A program made the position numbers and the translations under genes. Of a DNA stretch of 64,000 nt, positions 24,350 to 33,837 are shown piece by piece. Each line of letters begins with the position of its first letter. Positions within the stretch are counted from its first letter, which is position 1. Origin of the DNA: an uncultured bacterium (GTDB lineage Bacteria > Krumholzibacteriota > Krumholzibacteriia > LZORAL124-64-63). The notes under the pieces were generated by a model. The model was not told the origin of the DNA. It saw nothing but the letters and a program-made list of their open reading frames with translations, and made no database searches. The DNA is taken from assembly GCA_963727525.1 (NCBI GenBank), contig CAVSGO010000003.1:1-64000 (forward strand), read 5' to 3'.

Positions 24350-25331
24350 CTACCTGAGGGTTTCCAGCGCCTTCCCAATCGCCGCGGCCCTAGGTCTTGG
24401 CTTCCGAGCATTCAGGACCTTCCACTGGAGCGGCGGCCACTTCCCCAGACGCTCTCGCATTTCCGCATCCTCGGGGACCAGGAGGTCCAAACGCAGGTCC
24501 CCCACTTGCAGGCGGTCGACGAACTCCCGCTCGGAGTCGTCGAGGTCGAGCAACGGCGCGACGGCGCTCCAGGCGCTATCGATGAGTTCGCCCCGGTCGA
24601 TCTTCACCTGCCCGCCCAGCATCGGCACGAGCTCGGCCTCGATGTCGATAGCACGAACCCGCTCCATCCGCTCGCGTCCGTACGCGTGCAGGGGATGATC
24701 GAGGGTCCCCGTGAAGGCGACCACGAGCTTCTTGAAGGACTGGACTGCTCCAGAATGCCGAACCTGCCTGAGGCAGGCGGATCACGTCGAACAGGTCGCG
24801 TGACTTGCACCGGTCCAGCAGAGCGCAGATCTTCCCGGCGGCGATCTCAGGCAGTCCGCATAGCTGAACATCGGGTTGGCCCAGGTCCCCAGGTTGCCAC
24901 ATCGCCGCCGTCCGCAAGGGGGCCAACGGGAGACGTTGCAGGAAGTTCAGGTCGATTTCGATGCGATCAGGCGACCCGGCCGCGCTGACGTAGTTGAAAT
25001 AGAGCTTCCGACCCGCAATCTCATCCCGGGACCGCTGGATCGCGTACTTCCGCTCGCGGGCGATCGCCTCGACGGCCCGTTCCACGTCGGGGCGGGCTCG
25101 GAGCATCGCCTCCCGGTCCAGGGCCCCGATGTAGTTGAAGTCCAGATCCACGGACAGTCGCGGCGGGGGACCATCGAACAGATTGAGCGCGGTTCCGCCC
25201 TTGAGCGCCAGAACGCGCGAGAGCAGCGGGTGCCGCGCCACCGCGGCCGCGACCTCGCCGAGGCGGATGACCTTTTCCAGCGGTCCTGGCGGGAAGCCGC
25301 TCTCGGCGGACAGTGCAGCTGATCCGATCAC
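24350..25331 (-). CDS. AbiEii/AbiGii-family nucleotidyltransferase toxin (frameshift ~24750)
   Basis: LEKVIRL, LALKGGTALNL, RLSVDLDF, EIAAGKICALLDR..SRDLFD; C-terminal WPPLQWKVLN. Confidence 0.85.
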
Positions 25332-25334
25332 GGT

Positions 25335-25412
25335 CCATGATCACCGCCGTCAACAACATCATCATCACAACAACATCATCAACAGCAGCAGCAACATCAT
25401 CAACAACACCGT
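25335..25412. repeat. Low-complexity CAA/CAT/CAG tract at the AbiEi-AbiEii junction
   Basis: caacaacatcatcatcacaacaacatcatcaacagcagcagcaacatcatcaacaac inside GC-rich coding DNA. Confidence 0.7.
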
Positions 25413-26250
25413 CGCTAAGCACGCCTCTTTGCAGATGCGCGGGAACGACGAGATTCCAGTCCTTGGCCAACACCCCTCCCCGCTGGCCAGGTACCAGGTA
25501 GACCCGGGTCCGAGGCCGGTGCTTCTGGAAGTCTCCCAGGACCGACGCGTCCAGGAAGAGGTCCTCGAGCCGCCTCTGCAGGTACCACCCGACCGCCGCC
25601 CAGAGGCGCCGGTTGTCGTGGGCGCCCAGGATCTCCTTGAGCGCCTCCGGATTCAGCGTGGCGAATCCGTCCATCGACTCCACCAGCTCGTCGAGGCCTC
25701 CCACCAGGCTCAGTTCCCTGAACCCGTCCACGAGGGTCCGCTCGGGCGTCGTGACCCGCAGGGTCCTGCCCCCGCGGGAAACCTCGGTCGTCCAAGGGAC
25801 TTTGGCCCCCTCTCCCGACGAACGCGCCTTGGCTCGAGGCCGTGCGGCCTTCGGGTGCGAAAGGAACTTGATCGTGGTCCGCCCTACCACGACGGGCGAA
25901 CGAGGGCGAGCCGTGCAGACGGTGCAGGTCCACCAGACCGAGTGCCCCTGCCCGAGCAGATCGAGGGCCGAATGATAGGCGAAGACCGCATCGGGCCGGA
26001 TGGCCGCGGCGGCCAGGAAGGCATCCGGTTCGTAGCTCTCAGGGGCCACGCCCACCGGGACGGTGGCGTAGACGCCATTGGCCAGGCGTTTCAGTCGCCC
26101 CTGCTGGAGGTAGTAGCGCACGCGGTACTCGGCGAGGCTCTTCTCGCCGCCCAGGTGCCGGGCGAACTCCTCGACCGTGAAGACCCGGTTCAGATCCATG
26201 AAGTCGGTCGTCCGCTGGGCATCCTGTTGCTGTTCAGCGCGATTTCTCAT
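25410..26250 (-). CDS. AbiEi-family type IV TA antitoxin / transcriptional regulator (stop obscured by the low-complexity tract)
   Basis: RVFTVEEF, GRLKRLANGVYA, AVFAYHSALDLLG, RVTTPERTLVD and KDWNLVVP; directly upstream of abiEii. Confidence 0.8.
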
Positions 26251-26315
26251 AGATTTCTTATCGGTTTCCTTCCCCAACAACAACACCCCGATCGCCATCG
26301 TTTCTGTTGGGCGCC

Positions 26316-26342
26316 AAAAGTGATAAGATTTTTATCACTTTT
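26316..26342. promoter_or_regulatory. Palindromic operator between the divergent AbiEi genes
   Basis: AAAAGTGATAAGATTTTTATCACTTTT is a near-perfect inverted repeat; AbiEi proteins are known to autorepress through promoter inverted repeats. Confidence 0.6.
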
Positions 26343-26406
26343 TAGCCTGAACAGCAACAGTCTGCAGGCCGGGGTAAAAGCCGTCAACAGATCATTTGGC
26401 GGACCA

Positions 26407-27263
26407 GTCCCGGATAGAATCCCCAGCACTTACCCACAAACGCTCGCCGGTCGCCGTCCAGACCGCCCTGCGCAGGCTGAAGGAGCAAGGCAGGATCGTC
26501 TCCCCCCGGCGCGGCTTCTACGTCGTCGTGCCCCCCGAATATCGCGCGACGGGATCGCTCCCGGCCAGCTGGTTCATCGACGACCTCATGCGCCACCTCG
26601 ATCAGCCCTACTACGTGGGCCTGCTCAGCGCCGCGGCGATCCACGGCGCGGCCCATCAGCAGCCCATGGTCTTCCAGGTCGTGACCGACAGGCCCACCCG
26701 CGAGATGCGCGCCGGCAAGGTCACCATCCGGTTCTCGATGAGCGGCAAGGTCGAGCAGATGCCGACGACCGGAATCCAGACCGAAACGGGCACGATGCGG
26801 GTGGCCACGCCCGAGACCACCGCGTTCGACCTGGTCCGCTACCAGGCCGCGGCCGGGCACCTGGGCAATGTCGCCACCGTCCTTGGCGAGCTGGCGGAGC
26901 GCATCGACGGCCAGGCTCTGGTGAAGATGGCGCACCTGGTGAAACTTCCGGACGTCCAGCGCCTCGGCTACCTGCTCGATGCGGCTTGGAGAAAGGGAGC
27001 TCGCCGCTCCGCTGGCGGAGTGGCTCAAGACCCGGAATCCAAGGGTGGTCCCCCTGCTCCCCGGAGAGCCGGCGGCAGCCGAGATCGATGATCGCTGGCG
27101 CGTCCGTCCCCCCGTCTCGGCCGCGGCGCCTCGCACCGGCAGCCGAGGGAGAAGCCGCCCTCACGGAGCGGCCCGGAGACCCGTGGAAGGGGCTGAAACG
27201 ATGACGATCCCCGTCCTGGATAGAATCCCCAGCACTTACCAACAAACGCTGGGAATTCTATCC
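26407..27263. repeat. 38-bp direct repeat (26407-26444 and 27213-27250); the second copy extends into an inverted repeat
   Basis: GTCC(C/T)GGATAGAATCCCCAGCACTTACC(C/A)ACAAACGCT with 2 mismatches; copy 2 continues GGGAATTCTATCC, complementary to its own 5' part. Confidence 0.8.
26441..27130 (+). pseudogene. Second AbiEi-family antitoxin; N-terminally truncated, frameshift ~26985, no cognate toxin
   Basis: ALRRLKEQGRIVSPRRGFYVVVPPEY, YYVGLLSAAAIHGAAHQ, VATPETTAFDLV, QRLGYLLD; DDRWRV in another frame. Confidence 0.75.
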
Positions 27264-27390
27264 CCGAGCCGCCCGGGCCGCCTCTGCCCCCGCCCCCACC
27301 AAAACCAACCCCGTCCCCTCCCGCCGCAAACCGCAACGGAATCACCTCGATCTCCCGCGCCCGATCCGTCTGTTGGACTTCACAACGGAT

Positions 27391-27401
27391 CCCCGCTACC
27401 A
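27391..27401 (+). other. Possible displaced tRNA 3' end (att-site remnant)
   Basis: CCCCGCTACCA resembles the tRNA-Met acceptor 3' end and sits just before a terminator; the match is only 11 nt. Confidence 0.35.
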
Positions 27402-27406
27402 CCTTG

Positions 27407-27445
27407 AAAGAATCCCTGATGCTTAGCGCATCGGGGATTCTTTTT
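27407..27445 (+). terminator. Rho-independent terminator
   Basis: AAAGAATCCCTGATGC-TTAGC-GCATCGGGGATTCTTTTT: long stem with a U-tract. Confidence 0.75.
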
Positions 27446-27740
27446 GCACGTCCTCGGCAAGGTCGCGATCACAACTCAGCAGGAAAGACAAAAGCTGTTC
27501 GTCCCCCAAGATATTCTGGTGCATTGGGCTTCTTCTGTTTCTTGGTCGAAAAAGGAGAAGGCCCCCTCGGGATGCTTTAATCAAGCTCTTCGAGGGGGTT
27601 CTGTTTGAGCTCGTTGAGGGGAATCAGACGAGGACCATCACTGACCGCGACCAAGACAACAAGCGGGGACCATCAACTTCCTTGCTCAGGCTCAACCGCC
27701 GTTCTCTTTCGAGGCTAGGTGTCAGGCGAATACCGTCACA

Positions 27741-28727
27741 TTACAGATCGCCCTCGCCGAGCACCGCTGCGAGCGCATCGGCCATGCGAGGATCGAAGAC
27801 GATCCGCTCTTGCTCCAACCAAAGACCGCGTGCGGCGAGATCGCGAACTCCGGCCGGGGCGAAGCCGAGGTCGAGGTCCGATGGCCATTGTGCCCGGAGA
27901 CCGCAGGTGTCCGCCAGTTCGAACCAGAAATCCGGCAGGAACCACTTTAGGTGCGGTGCCTGTCGACGGAGGTGGAGCAGAATGCGAACGCCGTTCGGGT
28001 CGATGTCGCCGAAGTGGATGACGGGGATGTCCGCGAGGCGGTCGAACAAGTGGCTGACGGTGGCCGTATCCCAGCCGGGTACGTGAGCCAAGAGCCAGCC
28101 CGGGGGGGCTGGGAGGTCGCGCCAGGCGCCCAGGTTCTCGATGAGAAGCACGACGCGAATCGCACCCTCGAAGGTCAAGTCGTCCAGGAACGCTCGCTCG
28201 GGGATCGACACTTCTCCCAGGGCTGCGGCGGTTGCGCTGAGATTGACGGGGCCGGCCTTTGTTCGGGCCCACAGGCCGGCGGGGGGGCGTAGTCGGATCG
28301 AGCCGTCGTGCGTCGGGGCGGTGGTGCCGAGCGCATCCCGGCGCACGTCCGTGAGGTCTGCTTTCGAGTGTGGCGCCGTCAGAGCCGCGGCGGTACGCCG
28401 ATTGATGTGCCTCGGCAGGTCATGGATTCCGGCGGCCCGTAGGCGGTCGAGAAGGCGGCCGTAGCCTTCCGGAGTCGGTGGCAGTCCCGCAGTCACGAGG
28501 TCGGCGAGTACATCTCGCCAAGTCGGCCAGACGCGGTCGATCAGGCCGGCCAGTTCGCTTCGGCGCTCCTCGACCACGCCGATCTCGTCTCGGCGGCCGG
28601 TGGCTCGTGTCCAGGACAACTCGGCGAGGACGCCGTAGGCCTCGGCTTGGGCCCGCCGGCGCTTGAGCGTGCCGCGCGAGAGCAGCTCGAGTAGCGCCAA
28701 GCGCGCGTTGTCGCTGTCCCAGATCAC
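27741..28727 (-). CDS. JetD-like Toprim-domain nuclease (DUF2220/DUF2399-like)
   Basis: VLLIENLGAW, VIHFGDIDPNGVRI (Toprim E and DxD) and WLEQE. Its GTG overlaps the mukB stop. Confidence 0.8.
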   Translation of the reverse strand: MIWDSDNARLALLELLSRGTLKRRRAQAEAYGVLAELSWTRATGRRDEIGVVEERRSELAGLIDRVWPTWRDVLADLVTAGLPPTPEGYGRLLDRLRAAGIHDLPRHINRRTAAALTAPHSKADLTDVRRDALGTTAPTHDGSIRLRPPAGLWARTKAGPVNLSATAAALGEVSIPERAFLDDLTFEGAIRVVLLIENLGAWRDLPAPPGWLLAHVPGWDTATVSHLFDRLADIPVIHFGDIDPNGVRILLHLRRQAPHLKWFLPDFWFELADTCGLRAQWPSDLDLGFAPAGVRDLAARGLWLEQERIVFDPRMADALAAVLGEGDL

Positions 28728-31700
28728 GCCTCGATCCTCGTTCTGCGCCCACTGACGAGCACCTCTTCGTGTCCGTTAGCGTCGATGCGCCGCACCAGAC
28801 GATAGGTGGTGTTACCGTCTGCCCTCGCGACCTCGGGCGCGGCGATCAGGAGCTGGAGGTCGAGAGTCTGACACAGGTCGAACAGAACGCCGAGGTTGTC
28901 GTGGGAGAGCCGATTGGCCTCGTCGAGAAACAGAAAGCGCAGCGAGCCGTGGGCTCGCTTGCCGCGAAGGAGGTTCGCGTCCCGCTCCCACTCGGTGAGC
29001 ACCACCATCATCAGGGCGGCGCCCACGCCAATGGCCTCGCCGGTGGAGAGTCGCGTGGGGTTGGCGATCTCCCAATCCGAGCCGGCGTTCCGGCGGACCT
29101 CCACCTGCAGGTGGACGTATTCGCGGTAGTCCAGCAGGCGCTGCCCGCTACCTCGACCCCCACCGTAACGCCGGAAGATCTCGTCCAGTGCTTCCTCGAT
29201 GGGCATGTTCTCCTGGAAGAGCAAGCCCTGCACCGCACCCTCGCGCATGGCCCGCAGCACCTGCTCCATGCGTTCCACGGGTCGCACCTTCACCCGGATC
29301 CCCTCGATACTTCCGAAGCTGACGCCGTTGAGGTTCTTGTTCAGGCGGTTTACCTGGCCCCGCGCCTTGCGGACCTGGACCTCGATGCCCCGAGCCACAT
29401 CCTCGCTGGCGCCACGCAGATCGTCCTCCTGCCGCGCGAGACGCTCTTCGAGTCCCGTCAGCTGATCGCGTAGTCGCAGCAGCGCCTCCCGCGGGTCGTC
29501 CACCTCGGCCACCTGCGCGGGCAGGCGTCGCCGCAGCCAATCGCGTACGGCCAGCCACAGCTCGAGGTAGACATCGGCGAACCTGAGGTCGGCACCGTCG
29601 CCGTCGCGCTCGGCCATGGCGAGCAGAGTCTGCGTGCCATGTGCCGCACGAAGTCGCTCGACGAGCACCGCCCGCTGCTTGTGGGCCTCCTGCACGAGAT
29701 TGACGTGCCCGCGAATGCCGCTGACATCGCTATCGCCGATCGATAACACCGTGGTGGGCAGATTGTGGTCCTCGACCGCGGCTCGGAGGCGTTCCCAGCG
29801 TTCGAGTGCAGGCGCAGCCTCACGGCGTTCGGCGGCGACCTTTTCCGCCGCCTGCTTGCATTCGCGATCGGCCTGGGCCCATTCCGCCTCGCGGCGGCCC
29901 TTGGTCGTCTTGAGGTCATCGAGCGTCTGCGCCAGCGCCCTCATCTCGACGCGGAGTCGTTCCAGTTCTTGCTGTGCGTCTTCGACGGCCGCTTCGGTTG
30001 GATCGGCGACGTCCATTTCAGTGAAACGTTGCTCGGCGGCGCGGAGTTGCTCCACCGCCGCGCGCCGCCGGCCGTCGGCATCATGCCACGCCGTGGTCGC
30101 CTGATCGAATGCGTCATCGGCGGCCTGGGAAGCTGCCTCGGCCTTGCCGAGCGCCGCCTCGGCCCGCCGAAGCTGCTCCTCGAGCCCGGGAACGAGGGCG
30201 CGGTTCTCCTCGAGTTGTCTGGGCGCATCGTCCCAGCTCAGCGCCTCGGCGTGGGCAGAGACGTACTCCATGGCTTCAATCGCCGAATCCAAACGGCCAC
30301 GTTCGTGAGTAAGCCGCTCAAGCTCGGCCGCCAGGGTCGCGACGTCGGCTTCCGATAGGGGAAGCCGGCGGAGCACGTCGAGTTTGTCCTCCACGACGTG
30401 TGCCGCATCGGAGCAGCGCCGCACCTCGCTCTGCGCCGAAGTCGCGGCTTCATGGTCTTGCGCGAGTATGTCTCTGCGGTGGGCATGGTCCGGTGGATCG
30501 AGCAGCACGGCCATGCCAAGAAGACCGCGGAGACCCGCGATGCGGGGCCCCCGCTGACGCGCGGCTTCCCGGTGCTGCGACGATGCGGTGCGATGGATCT
30601 CCTGCTGGACCTCGACCTCCACGAGCTGACGTCGAATCGTTGCGAGCTCGGGCGCGGGATCGCCGGCTAGCCAAACGATCTGTCCTGCGAGCAGGGCCTC
30701 ACCGTCCGCGGCGAGGCGCTCGAGGCCACGCCGGTCCGCTCGCGCAACCTCGATCTGGCCATCCAGTTCGTCGGCCTCCACGCGGAGCTGCGCTGCGCGC
30801 GCTTCCCGAGCCTTCCGGCCAAGGCGCGGACGGTCCGGAATCCGCGTGACGCGCGTGCCCCGGACCTCGGGCACGACAACGTCTCCCGTTTCGGTTCCCT
30901 GACCAAGCCCAGCCCCGGCAAGCCGGGCAACGTCCTCATCGCGGCCTACGAGCCAGATGTCGCGTAGCGACTCTGGCCGGTCATGGACATCAGCCGCCGC
31001 CTTCACGGGGTCATCAACCACGAGCGCCTGTACCAGCGGGCCCAGTTGCGCCTCGAGGATGCCGGCATCTTCCAGACGAATGTCCTCGAAGGCGGTCGCG
31101 AGCAGCTCTGCGCCCAGCGCGTTCTTGATGCGCAGGAGTTCCGCGTCGAATGGCCCTCCGGCGGCCAGCAGTTCGCGGGCCTCGGCGTGCAGGCGCTCTC
31201 GCTTCTCGACGAGGGACAATTCTCGTGTTCTCGCCTCGCTCAGGCGCGCGTTCACAACCTCTCGCGCCGTTTGCAGATCTGGGAGTGAGGCGACTGGGCA
31301 GGCGAGTTCGTCCGCCAGGCGCTGGGCGCGGGTCGAGAGTTCACGCCAGGTCGGTTCGCGCGCGCTGAGCTCCTTCTGCCGCACCCGCGCCACGTCCAGC
31401 GTACGTCGACACTCATCGGCAGCCGAACGTGCGTCTCGCTCCTCATGCAGGAGCTGGTCACGTTCCTGCTCCGCGCGCTCGAGGTGTTCCGTGATCTCCT
31501 CGCGAGCGGCTCGCTGGCCCGATAGGGCCAGGCCAAGTTTGCCGAGACGTTCTCTGGCCTCGGCCTGTCGATCGGCGAATTTGCGCGCCTCGGCGAGGTC
31601 CGCCGAAATGGTGCTCAGTCGCGCCGCGAGAGCTTCGAGGTCCCGGAACCGGCGAAGCTGGTCGATCGCGGCCCCGTGAGCGCTATCCGGCGCAATGGTC

Positions 31701-33148
31701 GTGCTCGCCAGGTGCTCCAGGGCCGCAAGGGCCTTGGCATGCTCGCGACGGTGTTCGTCGGCATCAGCGATGTGCTGTCTTGCTTCCCGCCGTGCATGAT
31801 CCACCCGCTCGAGATCGGCCCTGGTCCTGGGCATGTGGGCCGCCATGGCGGCGACCGTGAGGTCCTCGGCCCCGAGCAGCCGCTCGGCCTCGCCCTTGCG
31901 ACGGATCACCTGCCTGTAGGCTCCTGCACGAAGATGCAGCTCGTCGTGACCGCGCTGAAGGTCGGCGAGCCCGGCGCCGGCGCGCTTGTGGTCGTCCTGA
32001 CAGCGGCGCAGAGTCGTTCGGCAGCCGGTTCGCACGCCTTCCCGGGCGACGCGTACATCTGCGGCGGCTTGCGCTTCGGACTCGGCAGAGGCGAGTTCTT
32101 CGCGGCGTCGGGCAACCTCACGGGTGGCCTCGAGAGCGAGCCGTAAACGACGGAGCCCGTCCTCGGCCCTATCGGCTTCCTCGACCACGGCTTCCTGTCG
32201 CGCTCCCTTGGTGCTCAATTCGTCGCAGACCCGCGTAAGCAATTCGTTGGTCTGGTCGAGTTGCTTCTGCGCCTCGCGGTGCGCATTCTCAGCTTCGGTG
32301 AGGCTGCGCCGTCGCTCGTCGGCACGCTCGCGGGTGGCCAGGAAGGCCGCGGCGAACATCGTCTGACCCGACTCGAAGACGCCACCGATCTCGCGCTCCA
32401 ATCGTTGCGATTCCTGAACCTCGGTGCGAGTACGTCGGCACGCATCGAGGTTGGCCTTCATGCGCTGGAGCGTGTCCGCGAGCCCGCTCTCCTCCTTCAG
32501 GAGGAAGGACCGCAACTCCGTGGTGAGAGCCCGGGAGATGCCGCCGGTCATGCTGGTGCGCAGCATCTCGTTGAGCTTGTTGCGCTCCTCGTCCGTACCG
32601 AGGCGTAGCGGCGTGACGCCGTGGTCGAAGAGGGCCGCGAAGTAGTCGCGCGCGGTGCCGAACACCTGCATGCGCGCGCCGACGCGAGCGGCGTTCTCAC
32701 GCAGCTCGTTCAGCTCGGGGACGGCCTCGTGGTCGCCTTGGGAGAGCAGCAGCAGGTCCTGGAGCCGCACGTCTCCGGCGAGGCCCGAGATGATGAACGG
32801 AGTGGGCTCGACGGACGGCTCGCCCTTCCGTTCGAGGTGCACGCCCGCGACCAGGCGCTTTTCGTCCGCGAGAACGAAGTCGATGGCCGAATAGGCTGGT
32901 CGGCCCGGCTCGCCGAGGCGTCCCCAGATGCCCTTGTCCCCGCCGGTCGCGCCAGTCTCGCCGAGGTTCGTGAAACGAAGCCTCGACATGTCGGGCAAGA
33001 GCACGACGTAGGCGGCGATCATCACCGTCGTCTTGCCGGCGCCATTGGCGCCCTCGAGCGCGGTCACATTGCGGTCGATGAGGTACCGTTCGTAGAAGAC
33101 GCCCTTCCAGTTGACGAGCGCGAGGGCCTGGGCGCGTGTACGGCTCAT
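28724..33148 (-). CDS. mukB: MukB-family SMC ATPase (1474 aa)
   Basis: LALVNWKG, LEGANGAGKTT, DKGIWGRL, GGISRALT..LRSFLL, long coiled coils, LLDYREYVHL, LSTGEAIG, FLFLDEANRL and QLLIAAPE..GNTTYRLVR, all co-linear with E. coli MukB motifs. Confidence 0.93.
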   Translation of the reverse strand: MSRTRAQALALVNWKGVFYERYLIDRNVTALEGANGAGKTTVMIAAYVVLLPDMSRLRFTNLGETGATGGDKGIWGRLGEPGRPAYSAIDFVLADEKRLVAGVHLERKGEPSVEPTPFIISGLAGDVRLQDLLLLSQGDHEAVPELNELRENAARVGARMQVFGTARDYFAALFDHGVTPLRLGTDEERNKLNEMLRTSMTGGISRALTTELRSFLLKEESGLADTLQRMKANLDACRRTRTEVQESQRLEREIGGVFESGQTMFAAAFLATRERADERRRSLTEAENAHREAQKQLDQTNELLTRVCDELSTKGARQEAVVEEADRAEDGLRRLRLALEATREVARRREELASAESEAQAAADVRVAREGVRTGCRTTLRRCQDDHKRAGAGLADLQRGHDELHLRAGAYRQVIRRKGEAERLLGAEDLTVAAMAAHMPRTRADLERVDHARREARQHIADADEHRREHAKALAALEHLASTTIAPDSAHGAAIDQLRRFRDLEALAARLSTISADLAEARKFADRQAEARERLGKLGLALSGQRAAREEITEHLERAEQERDQLLHEERDARSAADECRRTLDVARVRQKELSAREPTWRELSTRAQRLADELACPVASLPDLQTAREVVNARLSEARTRELSLVEKRERLHAEARELLAAGGPFDAELLRIKNALGAELLATAFEDIRLEDAGILEAQLGPLVQALVVDDPVKAAADVHDRPESLRDIWLVGRDEDVARLAGAGLGQGTETGDVVVPEVRGTRVTRIPDRPRLGRKAREARAAQLRVEADELDGQIEVARADRRGLERLAADGEALLAGQIVWLAGDPAPELATIRRQLVEVEVQQEIHRTASSQHREAARQRGPRIAGLRGLLGMAVLLDPPDHAHRRDILAQDHEAATSAQSEVRRCSDAAHVVEDKLDVLRRLPLSEADVATLAAELERLTHERGRLDSAIEAMEYVSAHAEALSWDDAPRQLEENRALVPGLEEQLRRAEAALGKAEAASQAADDAFDQATTAWHDADGRRRAAVEQLRAAEQRFTEMDVADPTEAAVEDAQQELERLRVEMRALAQTLDDLKTTKGRREAEWAQADRECKQAAEKVAAERREAAPALERWERLRAAVEDHNLPTTVLSIGDSDVSGIRGHVNLVQEAHKQRAVLVERLRAAHGTQTLLAMAERDGDGADLRFADVYLELWLAVRDWLRRRLPAQVAEVDDPREALLRLRDQLTGLEERLARQEDDLRGASEDVARGIEVQVRKARGQVNRLNKNLNGVSFGSIEGIRVKVRPVERMEQVLRAMREGAVQGLLFQENMPIEEALDEIFRRYGGGRGSGQRLLDYREYVHLQVEVRRNAGSDWEIANPTRLSTGEAIGVGAALMMVVLTEWERDANLLRGKRAHGSLRFLFLDEANRLSHDNLGVLFDLCQTLDLQLLIAAPEVARADGNTTYRLVRRIDANGHEEVLVSGRRTRIEA

Positions 33149-33837
33149 CCGCCCGCCTCCTCCTCTTCGTCGTCCGTTCCGTTGTTCTCGCCATCGGTGT
33201 CATTCTCGTCGGCTTCGCCCAGGACGACCTCACCGTCTTGAACGAGACGCTCCAGAGCCGCATGTCGATCGCTCAGGTCCCGCACCGGCTCGGCAAATCG
33301 CATCAAGGCCGGCCGCAGGCGCAGCATGCCATCGTCCACCGCGTCGATGAACCCCAGGTCGGCCAGCCGCCGGAGGGCCTCCGCGACCTTCGTGCGCACC
33401 GTCTCGGCGGCCACGCGCTCGTCGTACCTTTTCTTTCGCGGGTTCAGGGTGCGCACCAGCGTTTCCGTTCCGAGTAGCCCCGAAAGCCGCTGAAGCAGGG
33501 CGTCCCGCGGGACGACGCCGCCGTGCTGCAACGTGGCGGGGTCGAGATACATCAGCGCCAGCGTCTGGCCGACGAGCATCTCCCCTGCCGACAGGTGGCG
33601 GCGACCGAGCCGTTCCCCCGAGGGGAGAAGGTAGAAGTACCCATCCGATCGCTGCACCAGCTCGCAACCGAAGCGGCGATAGAACGATTCGAGATGGTCG
33701 AGGGCGTCGACGAGGTAATCGTAGGTCATGCCGTCATCGCGACCGATATGCCGACCGCGGCGAAGTGCGAGGTCCACTTCGGGAAAGAGCTCGTTGGCAA
33801 TGACCTCCTCGAGGGATTGGAAGCCGGAAACCGTCAC
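33145..33837 (-). CDS. mukE: MukE-family KITE subunit
   Basis: IANELFPEVDLALRRGRHIG, FYRRFGCELVQRSDGYFYLLP, LSAGEMLVGQTLALMYLDP, ALRRLADLG and an acidic tail. Confidence 0.9.
   Translation of the reverse strand: MTVSGFQSLEEVIANELFPEVDLALRRGRHIGRDDGMTYDYLVDALDHLESFYRRFGCELVQRSDGYFYLLPSGERLGRRHLSAGEMLVGQTLALMYLDPATLQHGGVVPRDALLQRLSGLLGTETLVRTLNPRKKRYDERVAAETVRTKVAEALRRLADLGFIDAVDDGMLRLRPALMRFAEPVRDLSDRHAALERLVQDGEVVLGEADENDTDGENNGTDDEEEEAGG

Noticed and set aside
25135-27204. 689-aa plus-strand ORF with a poly-His/Asn stretch
   Set aside because: It crosses the low-complexity tract and two AbiEi genes out of frame or antisense; not a credible protein.
26407-27250. 38-bp direct repeats as a CRISPR array
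   Set aside because: Only two copies, ~800 bp apart, with a gene between them and no cas genes.
27361-27401. Complete tRNA gene
   Set aside because: Only an 11-nt 3'-end-like match; no T-loop or cloverleaf upstream.
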